Virus record (IMG/VR): IMGVR_UViG_3300020576_007358
Length of the DNA stretch: 64,000 nucleotides
Reading direction: 5' to 3' (one strand)
From: a virus
A program made the position numbers and the translations under genes. Below are positions 27,738 to 37,019 of this stretch, one piece after another. Every line of letters starts with the position of its first letter. Position 1 is the stretch's first letter. The notes beneath the pieces are model-generated. The model was given only the letters and a program-made list of their open reading frames with translations. It ran no database searches and had not been told where the DNA came from.

Positions 27738-30700
27738 ATGAAGACATTTACGTACCAAGAAGCTCGTGATGCATCGGTTGACTATTTTTCTGGTGACACT
27801 CTAGCTGCTGATGTTTTTGTGTCCAAATATGCGTTGCGTGATTCAAATGATCAAGTTCTAGAGAGCACACCAGAAGCCATGCATCGTCGCTTGGCGAAGG
27901 AGTTCGCTAGGATAGAGTTGAACTACAAAAACTCTATTTCGTTCGAAGAGATCATGGAGTATTTCAGCTCTTGGAAGATCGTGCCTCAAGGATCGCCGAT
28001 GTCTGCGATTGGAAACACGAAGCAGATCCAGTCTCTGTCAAATTGCTTTGTCATTGAATCGCCGTACGATTCTTACGGCGGAATCATGAAGACCGACCAA
28101 GAGCAAGCTCAGATCATGAAGCGCCGCGGCGGTGTTGGATTCGACATCTCGTCAATCAGACCAAAGGGATTGGTCACAACTAACGCTGCTCGTACGACCG
28201 ATGGCATCGGTGTTTTCATGGAGCGCTTCAGCAACACTTGCAGGGAAGTTGCGCAAGGCGGTCGCCGTGGTGCTTTGATGATGACAATCTCTGTTCATCA
28301 CCCAGAGATTCGCACGTTCATCAACATCAAGAAGAACGTTGAAAAAGTTACAGGCGCAAACATCTCGATCAGGTTGACTGATGAGTTCATGCGAGCAGTG
28401 AAGGCTGGCGAGAAGTTCCAGCTAAGGTTCCCAGTTGAAGCAAATGCACAGCATACGATCAAAGAAGATGTCGACGCTGGTGAACTGTGGAGTGAGATCA
28501 TTGAGGCTGCTCATGCGTCAGCTGAACCCGGCTTGCTATTTTGGGACAACGTTGTTAATAATGGTCCAGCAGATGCATATCCCGGCTTCAAGTCTATCTC
28601 TACGAATCCCTGCTCTGAGATCGCTCTTTGCGCTTACGATTCGTGCAGATTGCTGCTTCTCAACGTTTCAAAGTTCGTAGAGAATCCTTTCACTGACAGA
28701 GCAAATTTCAACATCAAAGAGTTCAAGAGAGCTGCGTACGTTGCTCAACGCTTGATGGACGACTTGGTTGATCTTGAGCTCGAAGCCGTCGATAGGATCA
28801 TCGACAAGATCAACTCAGATCCAGAACCAGACGACGTAAAGAAGAACGAGCTAGATCTTTGGTTGAAGATCAGGGAAAAAGGTGCCTCGGGCCGTCGCAC
28901 TGGTTTGGGAATCACTGGTCTTGGTGATGCCATTGCGTACGTTGGGTTGAAGTACGGATCAAGGGAATCTATCGATTTTACGGAAGATCTGTATAGAATG
29001 TTGGCTCTTTCTGCGTACCGTTCGTCAGTTGACATGGCGGCAGAACGTGGAGCATTTCCTGCGTTTTCTCACAACGTTGAAGCTGGTCATCCGTTCATTG
29101 AAAAGATCTTGGCACATGATGATGAGCTCAAGGCTGCATACAAGGTTCACGGTCGTCGTAACATTGCCTTGACAACAACTGCGCCCGCTGGATCAGTTTC
29201 AATCCTGACTCAAACAACGTCTGGTTGCGAACCTGTTTTTGCAGTTAGCTACAAGCGCAAGAAGAAGATCAATTCGAACGACGTCACGACCACTGCCAAC
29301 TTTGTTGATGATCTTGGAGATCGTTGGCAAGAGTATACTGTCTACCATCATGGATTGAAGATGTGGATGGATGTGACTGGAAAGACAGAGGCTGATATTG
29401 ATGAATCGCCTTACAAGGGTTCTTCTAGCTCTGAGATCGATTGGCATGCTCGTGTTGACCTTCAAGCCGCAGCCCAAAGATGGATCTGCCATGCAATTTC
29501 CAGCACTGTCAACTTGCCATCAGATACGTCAGTTGAGACAGTTAAAAACATCTACATGCGAGGTTGGGAATCTGGGTGCAAGGGAATCACAGTGTATCGT
29601 GATGGTTGCAGAGCAGGCGTTCTATCGACAGAAGAGAAAAAGCCAAGTATTCAAGGAGCGTCGACCGATGGCTTGAAAGCCCTTCTTGACATTGTAACTA
29701 AGAACGCTGGTAGCATTCCATCAGCTGATTTGTACAAAAAATTGATTGAAGAAGAGCTCACGAGGAGAGAGCCGACTCAACCAGAAAAGGTCGTCGAAGT
29801 TCATGCACCAAAGCGTCCAAAGGAGCTAGAGTGTGATATCCATCGAGTCAACATCAAAGGTGAACAGTATCTTGTCTTCGTCGGATTGCTGAACGGTGTT
29901 CCATACGAAGTCTTTGCTGGTCTGTCAGAACACGTTGAAGTGCCAAAGAAGGTTAAGAAGGGAATCTTGATCAAGAATGGCAAGAAAGACGGTGTTGCAA
30001 CGTACAACCTGAAGATTCCTGTAGGAGATGATGATTTTGTGACGTTCAAAGACGTTGTTAACTTGTTTGACAACCCAACTTACGGTTCGTTCACCAGAAC
30101 GTTGTCTCTAACGTTGAGGCATGGCATCCCGCTTCAGTACATCGTAGAGCAGCTTCGCAAAGACAAGCACAGCGACATGATGTCATTTTCAACTGTCATT
30201 GCTAGGGTCTTGAGCAAGGGTTACATCGTCGATGGAACGAAAGCAACTCAAGAAAAGCAGTGCTCAAGTTGCGGTTCTGATCAGCTAGCGTACATGGAAG
30301 GTTGCCAGACGTGCATGAACTGTGGAAGTAGCAAGTGTTCCTTATACTTAACTCCAAGACGAAAGGTTGATGACGTGAAAATCAAGATCACACCGCAGAT
30401 GCTGAGGCAGCTTGTTAACGAAGAAGTTCTGAACGTGAAGCGCAAGGGAACTTTGAAGGAAGCCTTTGGACCATATGATGCCACTGGCGAGTATGATGAT
30501 AAGGAATACGGCATGCAACCGTGGAACTTTGAAGAGTCACACAGGGAACTGTTTGCTCAGGCGCTTGAACCAGTCATCAATGAGTTCATGGAGTCTTTGG
30601 CCGAGATCGTTGAAAGAGCTTCGCCACCAGATGCTAACATGTCTGCGCAAGATATTGGTAGCGATGAATACAACAGCTTCGGTGAAGACCTCAAAGAAGA

Positions 30701-31118
30701 TCTTTTGAAGGTCATTGCTCAACACATGAAGAATGCGTCTGAAAATTTTGGTCTTTTAGAGGTTAACGTCATGAAGATAAAGCTAAGTGATCTGCGAAAG
30801 ATCATCAGAGAAGTTGCAGTTTCACCTGCTGTCTTCAAGAGCAGCCAACCTGCAAAAGATCCGATGGAGAAGAAGAACATTGTCAAAGCGGTCTCTGATT
30901 TGAAGACAGCGTTCGAATCAGCGCTTCTAAGCAACCTTGTTCTTGCGAACCCAGAGAAGTACGATGAATCCTCGAGAGAATTTGATGATCAGATGTACGA
31001 ATCTCTTAAGACAACAGCGGCCTCAGCATCTGAACAAGTAGCATCAAAGATCAATGATGCAGTTCAGACTGCATGGGTTGCTGCACACAAAAACTCTAAG
31101 GTAAATCACTTAAAGTGA
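27738..31118 (+). CDS. Ribonucleotide reductase, probably class II monomeric NrdJ-like, with a C-terminal zinc ribbon and an additional C-terminal extension of about 250 aa.
   Basis: NPCSEIAL active-site motif. Zinc ribbon CSSCGSDQ...CQTCMNCG. The extension carries two copies of the MKIKLSDLRKII-like peptide. Confidence 0.65.
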   Translation: MKTFTYQEARDASVDYFSGDTLAADVFVSKYALRDSNDQVLESTPEAMHRRLAKEFARIELNYKNSISFEEIMEYFSSWKIVPQGSPMSAIGNTKQIQSLSNCFVIESPYDSYGGIMKTDQEQAQIMKRRGGVGFDISSIRPKGLVTTNAARTTDGIGVFMERFSNTCREVAQGGRRGALMMTISVHHPEIRTFINIKKNVEKVTGANISIRLTDEFMRAVKAGEKFQLRFPVEANAQHTIKEDVDAGELWSEIIEAAHASAEPGLLFWDNVVNNGPADAYPGFKSISTNPCSEIALCAYDSCRLLLLNVSKFVENPFTDRANFNIKEFKRAAYVAQRLMDDLVDLELEAVDRIIDKINSDPEPDDVKKNELDLWLKIREKGASGRRTGLGITGLGDAIAYVGLKYGSRESIDFTEDLYRMLALSAYRSSVDMAAERGAFPAFSHNVEAGHPFIEKILAHDDELKAAYKVHGRRNIALTTTAPAGSVSILTQTTSGCEPVFAVSYKRKKKINSNDVTTTANFVDDLGDRWQEYTVYHHGLKMWMDVTGKTEADIDESPYKGSSSSEIDWHARVDLQAAAQRWICHAISSTVNLPSDTSVETVKNIYMRGWESGCKGITVYRDGCRAGVLSTEEKKPSIQGASTDGLKALLDIVTKNAGSIPSADLYKKLIEEELTRREPTQPEKVVEVHAPKRPKELECDIHRVNIKGEQYLVFVGLLNGVPYEVFAGLSEHVEVPKKVKKGILIKNGKKDGVATYNLKIPVGDDDFVTFKDVVNLFDNPTYGSFTRTLSLTLRHGIPLQYIVEQLRKDKHSDMMSFSTVIARVLSKGYIVDGTKATQEKQCSSCGSDQLAYMEGCQTCMNCGSSKCSLYLTPRRKVDDVKIKITPQMLRQLVNEEVLNVKRKGTLKEAFGPYDATGEYDDKEYGMQPWNFEESHRELFAQALEPVINEFMESLAEIVERASPPDANMSAQDIGSDEYNSFGEDLKEDLLKVIAQHMKNASENFGLLEVNVMKIKLSDLRKIIREVAVSPAVFKSSQPAKDPMEKKNIVKAVSDLKTAFESALLSNLVLANPEKYDESSREFDDQMYESLKTTAASASEQVASKINDAVQTAWVAAHKNSKVNHLK

Positions 31119-31378
31119 AGATAACAGAAGCAGATCTCAGGAAGATCATCTCAGAAGAACTTTTGAGAGGTGTTCCTGAGTTTGTCATACGTCAGGCTTC
31201 AAGCGATTGCGTCGATCGTGTTCGACAGCACGTAACTCGGTTCATCCAGCAAAGAGCAGAGAATCAGACACACGCTCGCGAGCTAACAAAGCTAGCAAAC
31301 CAGCTGCTTGAAGAGCTTGAGGACGAGATGTACGATCTGATCGAAGACAAGCTTCTAGCTTTCGTTCAAAGAACATAG
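31115..31378 (+). CDS. Hypothetical small protein with the shared N-terminal motif MKITEADLRKIISEEL.
   Basis: ORF track. Motif recurrence (see findings). Confidence 0.4.
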   Translation: MKITEADLRKIISEELLRGVPEFVIRQASSDCVDRVRQHVTRFIQQRAENQTHARELTKLANQLLEELEDEMYDLIEDKLLAFVQRT

Positions 31379-31415
31379 CTTGAACAGCTAGCTTGGCATG
31401 CAGTAGAATGGCTGC

Positions 31416-31715
31416 ATGGATAACACGGAATACGTAGAATGCAAGTGTGGTTCATTTCCGCACTTGCTTCGTTTTTACGTGGCAGATGATGGATCAGTTG
31501 AAGTAGAGTACCTTCTGAAGGGTTACTTGCCGTGGTATAAGAGAATTTATCACGGCATTCGTTACATTTTGGGCTTTGACGTAGGACAAAATTTGTACGA
31601 TTGTAGCATTCTTGATTGGGACGCTCAGAATAAGATCATAAAGTTGTTCAACGAAGTAGCACATGAGCGCAGAAGAACGTATCTTCTAAATTACGACTAT
31701 GGTGATGGTAAATGA
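31416..31715 (+). CDS. Hypothetical protein.
   Basis: ORF track. Confidence 0.3.
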   Translation: MDNTEYVECKCGSFPHLLRFYVADDGSVEVEYLLKGYLPWYKRIYHGIRYILGFDVGQNLYDCSILDWDAQNKIIKLFNEVAHERRRTYLLNYDYGDGK

Positions 31716-32374
31716 GCGAGAATAAGAACACAGTTGAGCTTGTTGGGTTGTATGGTTCGGATGAAACGCATGCGCTAAGTGCATGGACTTCAACGTCAAG
31801 AGATCTAACGGATGATAAGCGTGGCAGGATCGGATCGTTGCTTCAAAGACTAGCGTCTGAAGAGCATGGTACGCCGTTCGAAAAGAGCTCGATTCACTTT
31901 CTTGTGACAACAGAAGTTGCATCACACATTCATCTTCTCAAGCATCGCATCGGTGTTTCTATCAACGCTGAATCTGCGCGGTACAAAGAATTGAAAGATG
32001 ACAAGTATTACGTTCCATTTGACTGGGATGTTGAAGAACGAGCTCAATACATTCAACACCTTGAATCTTCGTTGGCACAGTACCATGAAGTTCTAGAACG
32101 TCTTGTGAAGAAAGGCATGTCAAGGAAGCGAGCAAAAGAATCTGCAAGATTTTACCTGCCGTACGGCAATCAGATCACCGCAGACGTGATGTTTAACTTC
32201 AGAAGCTTCGTTCACTTCTTGGAGCTCAGAAGGTCCAAGCATGCTCAAGCAGAGATCTACAACGTTGCTGATGCAATGCTTCGTTCAGTCGTCGCGGACG
32301 GCCGCTTCAACAAGAGCTTCTTGGCATTTGGATTCATCGACGAGATGGGTAACGTTCTAGAACCGGGAGATTGA
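31712..32374 (+). CDS. thyX: Flavin-dependent thymidylate synthase ThyX.
   Basis: RHR...S signature: FRSFVHFLELRRSKHAQAE. Confidence 0.65.
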   Translation: MSENKNTVELVGLYGSDETHALSAWTSTSRDLTDDKRGRIGSLLQRLASEEHGTPFEKSSIHFLVTTEVASHIHLLKHRIGVSINAESARYKELKDDKYYVPFDWDVEERAQYIQHLESSLAQYHEVLERLVKKGMSRKRAKESARFYLPYGNQITADVMFNFRSFVHFLELRRSKHAQAEIYNVADAMLRSVVADGRFNKSFLAFGFIDEMGNVLEPGD

Positions 32375-32958
32375 AAATGGCAAAGATCATCGTCGTTGAA
32401 GGTGCAGATCAGCTTGGGAAAGAGACACAATCTAGGATGCTAGTAGCTTGGCTCATGAGCCAAGGTTACAGAGCTACACGAGTTGAAGTGCCAGTTCGAG
32501 ATCACTTCACTTACCCGCTAATCTACAAGATGTTGAAGAATGGATGGGCAAATTCTTACCCAAACCTATTCCAGGCGATCCAACATGCTAATCGACTAGC
32601 GTTCCAGACGTTCACGCTTCCGAAGCTAGAGCGTGAAAATGATTACGTAGTGTTCGATCGTTGGACGTTGTCGTCGATCATCTATGGTGATCTGACGTAC
32701 GCAGATGCTGAGAAAACAAGAGAGAGGATATCTAAGCTGCGCCGAGCCGATCTGACAATCGTGATTCACGGTAAGTCATTTGGCAAGCGCGGTGACGATG
32801 CTTATGAAGCTGATGAAGTATTCCAGAGGATCGTCAACAATCGTTACGTTGATTGGGCCGATGCTCACCTTGCTTGCGCAAAGGTTTCAAACGCAGGATC
32901 TCGTCATGAGGTCCACGAGAAGGTCATCGTTGCTGTCAGAGAATCTGGCCTAATTTGA
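32371..32958 (+). CDS. tmk: Thymidylate kinase.
   Basis: P-loop IVVEGADQLGKETQ and DRWTLSSIIYG motif. Confidence 0.55.
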   Translation: MKMAKIIVVEGADQLGKETQSRMLVAWLMSQGYRATRVEVPVRDHFTYPLIYKMLKNGWANSYPNLFQAIQHANRLAFQTFTLPKLERENDYVVFDRWTLSSIIYGDLTYADAEKTRERISKLRRADLTIVIHGKSFGKRGDDAYEADEVFQRIVNNRYVDWADAHLACAKVSNAGSRHEVHEKVIVAVRESGLI

Positions 32959-32994
32959 GTTGAACAGAACGCAAACCTGTAGTAGGATACTAAG

Positions 32995-33282
32995 ATGGAT
33001 AAAACATACAAGCTATCAGATTCAGTTATCGCACGCATTGCACAAATTCTTCAAGAGGGAATCTTGATGGGCGTTGACATCGTTGATCTTCTTCGAATGG
33101 TTGAAGTTGAAACGTTTGGCGAAGAGCTCGTCTTGACGAAGGGTTACGTTGAACGAGTGAAGGCATCTCATGATGATGCACTTGCAAAGGTTGAACAGCT
33201 TAAGTCTGAGAGAAATAAGAGCAGAGTAGTTATCGGTGACTTATGTCTGTGTTTGAAGGTGCCGTTGCAATTCTTCTGCTAA
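32995..33282 (+). CDS. Hypothetical protein; N-terminus weakly resembles the shared motif (YKLSDSVIARIAQILQEG).
   Basis: ORF track. Confidence 0.3.
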   Translation: MDKTYKLSDSVIARIAQILQEGILMGVDIVDLLRMVEVETFGEELVLTKGYVERVKASHDDALAKVEQLKSERNKSRVVIGDLCLCLKVPLQFFC

Positions 33283-33349
33283 CTCTTTGCTTTTTTATCG
33301 GTGAGCTAAAAAGGAAACATGAAAAAGAACGTTGATCGTTTAGGAAAAA

Positions 33350-34525
33350 ATGGCGCGTATACTACGAACATATCAATTTAATTGCAAGCAATGCGGTAAA
33401 AAGTGTGAAAAGTCTAACCGTAGTGGAAAACAACCAAATTTTTGCGATACTTCATGTAGTCAAATTTGGTCATATGCACATGGTCGAATTAAAACTGCTT
33501 CACGTGAATTCAAAATTCACCAACATGGCGTAGAAAGAGTTCATGAACTCGAAAAATTGCAGTATTACACATTTACATGCGAATACTGCAATGCTAACGT
33601 TACAAAGCGTAAAAGATCTCCTTTGCCAAGATTTTGCAATCGAAAGTGTTCAACGCAATTTACAGCAGTTCATGGTCGTAAACCAACGATTAACGCTGTA
33701 CATCGTAAAGCTATGAGCGAAAGAGCTACGGCTAAGTTGCTAGAGCAACCAGAGAATTTGTATTCTTGGAATACAATTAAAGGATGGTACAAAGGTAACT
33801 TCTTTAGAAGTTCGTATGAATATCACTTTCTTAAGTGGCTCGAAACAAAACAAGTCAATTTGCAGACAGATTTGAAAAAAGTACCTACTATTCAATATGA
33901 GTTTGACGGTCGTGGTCACACATATATCCCAGATTTTTACGTTGAAAAATGGAGAACGTTGTTTGAAGTTAAAAGTTCTTATGCGTGTAAAAATGATCCA
34001 AAAGTTCTTGCAAAAGCTGTTGCAGCAGAAGATTTCTGTAAAGACAAGCAATTGACTTATCAAATCATAACAGAAGATACATTGCCAGAATTGAAATCAG
34101 ACATAACTTTGATTAAGCATGATAAGTGTGTATTTTTGTTGTCAACATCTAAATCGACTGATGATCGACTTGAACACATGTTCGTTGAACAAATGAAGTT
34201 CATGAAACTCCTGCGTCAGGAAAGAAATTTCCCAGAATTTCCAGTTGATGTTTCTTCAAAACCTGGTCAGAAACTTCTTAAAGAAGTTGCACATGAATGC
34301 ATGCATGAATTGTTTGAATCTGTGCATTTGCTTCGTAATTCAAAATCACACAGAATATCTGATGTGCAAGATTTTGATAAAGAGGCCTTTTTGGAAGAGT
34401 TGTCAGATACGTTGCATTATCTGATGGAATTGTTTATCTTGAGTGGTATTACTAGCAAAGATTTGTACAAAGCATATATGAAAAAAGGAACAATCAATTT
34501 TGCTAGAATATTGAGCAATTATTGA
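33350..34525 (+). CDS. Homing endonuclease-like protein: N-terminal CxxC zinc fingers, PD-(D/E)xK core (YIPDFYV...FEVK), and a C-terminal extension whose last residues duplicate the N-terminus of the downstream Hsp20 gene.
   Basis: ORF track. Repeated AYMKKG..N..RI motif at 34480 and 34555. Confidence 0.5.
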   Translation: MARILRTYQFNCKQCGKKCEKSNRSGKQPNFCDTSCSQIWSYAHGRIKTASREFKIHQHGVERVHELEKLQYYTFTCEYCNANVTKRKRSPLPRFCNRKCSTQFTAVHGRKPTINAVHRKAMSERATAKLLEQPENLYSWNTIKGWYKGNFFRSSYEYHFLKWLETKQVNLQTDLKKVPTIQYEFDGRGHTYIPDFYVEKWRTLFEVKSSYACKNDPKVLAKAVAAEDFCKDKQLTYQIITEDTLPELKSDITLIKHDKCVFLLSTSKSTDDRLEHMFVEQMKFMKLLRQERNFPEFPVDVSSKPGQKLLKEVAHECMHELFESVHLLRNSKSHRISDVQDFDKEAFLEELSDTLHYLMELFILSGITSKDLYKAYMKKGTINFARILSNY

Positions 34526-35121
34526 TTGCATCAGGTGTAACGCTTGATGAGATGCACGAAGCGTACATGAAAAAAGGTGAAGTCAACCGAAAAAGGATCG
34601 AATCAGGGTACTTAGCCCCTGTACATTGCTTAAGGAGTGTTTTATCATGTTTTCACGAGATTGGTTCTCGTGGAAAGGAAAACACTGCTATGCTAACTCG
34701 TTACTATGATACGATGAGAAATCCAACCTACAAGTTCGGTGACTTTAACGCAATCTTTGATGACATGCTTTCAATTGATCCATTTAAGTCAGAATCTTCT
34801 ATCTGGACGAAGAAGATCATGAACAATCTACCAGAACCAACGTTTTGGCATGAGAAGACTGAAGAAGGTTCTGCTCTTCACGTTGAACTACCGGGATACA
34901 AGAAAGAAGACGTATCGATAACGCTGCAAGACAAGACTCTTGTTGTCAAGGCTGAACGTAAGATGCCCGGCGGTGCGAAGACTGTCTCGTGGAGCTGGCG
35001 CATTCAGGATACGTACGAGTCCAATCCAACGTTTGCGAAGCTAGCTGATGGCATCCTTACGATAGGATTGAAGAGTAAACAACCACCACCTGAAGAAGCA
35101 CTCAGCATAAAGATCGAGTAA
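34522..35121 (+). CDS. Small heat-shock protein, Hsp20/alpha-crystallin family.
   Basis: ACD-like core HVELPGYKKEDVSITLQDKTLVVKAERK. Confidence 0.55.
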   Translation: MIASGVTLDEMHEAYMKKGEVNRKRIESGYLAPVHCLRSVLSCFHEIGSRGKENTAMLTRYYDTMRNPTYKFGDFNAIFDDMLSIDPFKSESSIWTKKIMNNLPEPTFWHEKTEEGSALHVELPGYKKEDVSITLQDKTLVVKAERKMPGGAKTVSWSWRIQDTYESNPTFAKLADGILTIGLKSKQPPPEEALSIKIE

Positions 35122-35146
35122 GCAAGTACGGCACCTACCTGGTACT

Positions 35147-35171
35147 CAACGCGCGGTAACCCCGCGCGTTG
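35147..35171 (+). terminator. Perfect 10-bp stem-loop (caacgcgcgg-taacc-ccgcgcgttg) downstream of the Hsp20 gene.
   Basis: Read directly from the sequence. No strong U-tract follows. Confidence 0.3.
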
Positions 35172-35334
35172 CACGTTTAGGGGTTAGTGATCACGTGAGG
35201 GCCCACGAATATATCTCGGTAATTTGATGTGGTTATCCACCCTTGCATTGTTGCAATATTGGTGTGCAAAGCTGCGACTATCGAGTGTGAGAATTATTCT
35301 ATATGAGTTACTAACTTGACGAGATAATTATGAC

Positions 35335-36012
35335 ATGGGAAATAGATCTGATCAAGTTAAAAAGTTGTGGCAAACACCAGAATTTCGTGAAAAAATTATC
35401 GCAGCATCTAAAGACGGAAAAGCGTCGATTGAATCAAAACTTAAGCGTTCTAAAAGCTCAAGTAAATTGTGGTCTGATCCGGATTATTGTGAAAAACAAC
35501 GAATAAAACACAATGAACGAAAGAAAAGATTTGAACAAAAGCGAGTGACTATAACGTGTCTGACGTGTGGAAAAGAATGTAAGGTTAATGCAACAGTTGC
35601 AAAAACTAAGAAGTACTGTTCTCGTCGTTGCGTTATTAACAACCCAGCTTTTAACGTAAATCGAAATTTTTCCAACAGCACGTGTGTTGCTTGTCAGACA
35701 GAATTCAAACCAACTGGTGTTAAACAGTTGTGCTGCACTACATGCGTTCCAAATAATTCAGCAAAATCACGTTGGAATTCGTATAAATTGACTCAACCAA
35801 TGTACGAAATGTTGCTAAGTCAACAGGGAAATTGTTGCGCACTGTGCGAAATTTCATTCAGTAATTTGAATTCAAAAGAAATTCATGTAGATCATGATCA
35901 TACTACAAATAAAATTCGTGGCATATTGTGTATGCGGTGCAATCGTAGCTTGGGTGTGGTAGAGTATATTCCACACTTTTTGGAAAAAGTAGCAACTTAT
36001 GTCAACATTTGA
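35335..36012 (+). CDS. HNH endonuclease with NUMOD-like repeats (homing endonuclease candidate).
   Basis: CALC...HVDHDH...RGILCMRCN HNH core. Repeats KLWQTPEFREKI and KLWSDPDYCEKQ. Confidence 0.55.
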   Translation: MGNRSDQVKKLWQTPEFREKIIAASKDGKASIESKLKRSKSSSKLWSDPDYCEKQRIKHNERKKRFEQKRVTITCLTCGKECKVNATVAKTKKYCSRRCVINNPAFNVNRNFSNSTCVACQTEFKPTGVKQLCCTTCVPNNSAKSRWNSYKLTQPMYEMLLSQQGNCCALCEISFSNLNSKEIHVDHDHTTNKIRGILCMRCNRSLGVVEYIPHFLEKVATYVNI

Positions 36013-36952
36013 TATCGATACACGAACAATCATTCGTGTAATTCATGGTTCATATGCATATGGACTCAACATTGCAGGTTCAGATATCGATTACAAGGCT
36101 GTTTGTGTACCTACAAAAGAGCGGTATTTTGGATTTTTGAACAACTTTGAACAGGCTGAGATGATGGCATCAAAAACAGGTGGTGTTGACTCTGTGACCT
36201 TTGCACTTGATAAGTTCGTGCGGCTCGCTGCTGACTGCAACCCAAACATCATAGAGATCCTGTTCGTTGATGACAGCGACGTCCTCGACATCAATTCTTG
36301 GGGTGAAGAGCTCCGTGAGTTCAAAGACAATTTCATATCCAGGAAGGCGAAGCACACTTTCTCGGGCTACGCTCATTCTCAGCTTCATCGCATCAAGAAT
36401 CACCGTGCATGGTTGCTGAACCCTCCCGCGAGCGCCCCAGCACGATCCGATTTTGGGCTGTCCGACGTGTCTCGTGTTTCGAAGAGTGAGCTCGGCGCTT
36501 ACGATTCTGCGATCGAGAGCGGTATTGCTCTCGACGTGCCGAAGAGCGTCCTGACTCTGTTCACAAGGGAAAAGCAGTACGCCGCAGCAAAGACGCACTA
36601 TGACCAGTACGTTCACTGGAAGAAGTCTCGCAATCCTGCTCGAGCAGAGCTCGAAGCAAAGATTGGATATGATAGTAAACATGGCGCGCATCTCATGAGG
36701 TTGATGCGCATGTGCAAGGAGATCCTTGAGACTGGCAAGGTTAACGTGAAGCGTCGATTCGATAGAGAGGAACTTCTGGAGATTCGTAACGGTCATCGTC
36801 CCTACGATAGCCTCATCGAGGAAGCTGAGAGGCTTGAGAGCGATTGTGAAGAGCTGTACAAGACTTCTACAGTGCGCAAAGAGCCAGATCGGGAGAAGAT
36901 CAATGCATGGCTCGTGGATTTCACTGAGCGTTACCTTGCAATTCATGGCTGA
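35999..36952 (+). CDS. Pol-beta superfamily nucleotidyltransferase.
   Basis: GSYAYGLNIAGSDIDY matches the GS-x9-13-DhD signature, resembling class I CCA-adding enzymes and minimal NTases. Region has elevated GC. Confidence 0.5.
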   Translation: MSTFDIDTRTIIRVIHGSYAYGLNIAGSDIDYKAVCVPTKERYFGFLNNFEQAEMMASKTGGVDSVTFALDKFVRLAADCNPNIIEILFVDDSDVLDINSWGEELREFKDNFISRKAKHTFSGYAHSQLHRIKNHRAWLLNPPASAPARSDFGLSDVSRVSKSELGAYDSAIESGIALDVPKSVLTLFTREKQYAAAKTHYDQYVHWKKSRNPARAELEAKIGYDSKHGAHLMRLMRMCKEILETGKVNVKRRFDREELLEIRNGHRPYDSLIEEAERLESDCEELYKTSTVRKEPDREKINAWLVDFTERYLAIHG

Positions 36953-37019
36953 AAATTAGTTTGAACATGGGGCGCACAGAAGGTAAAGTAAGCACATCTA
37001 ACGGAGACGGAGAAAGAAA

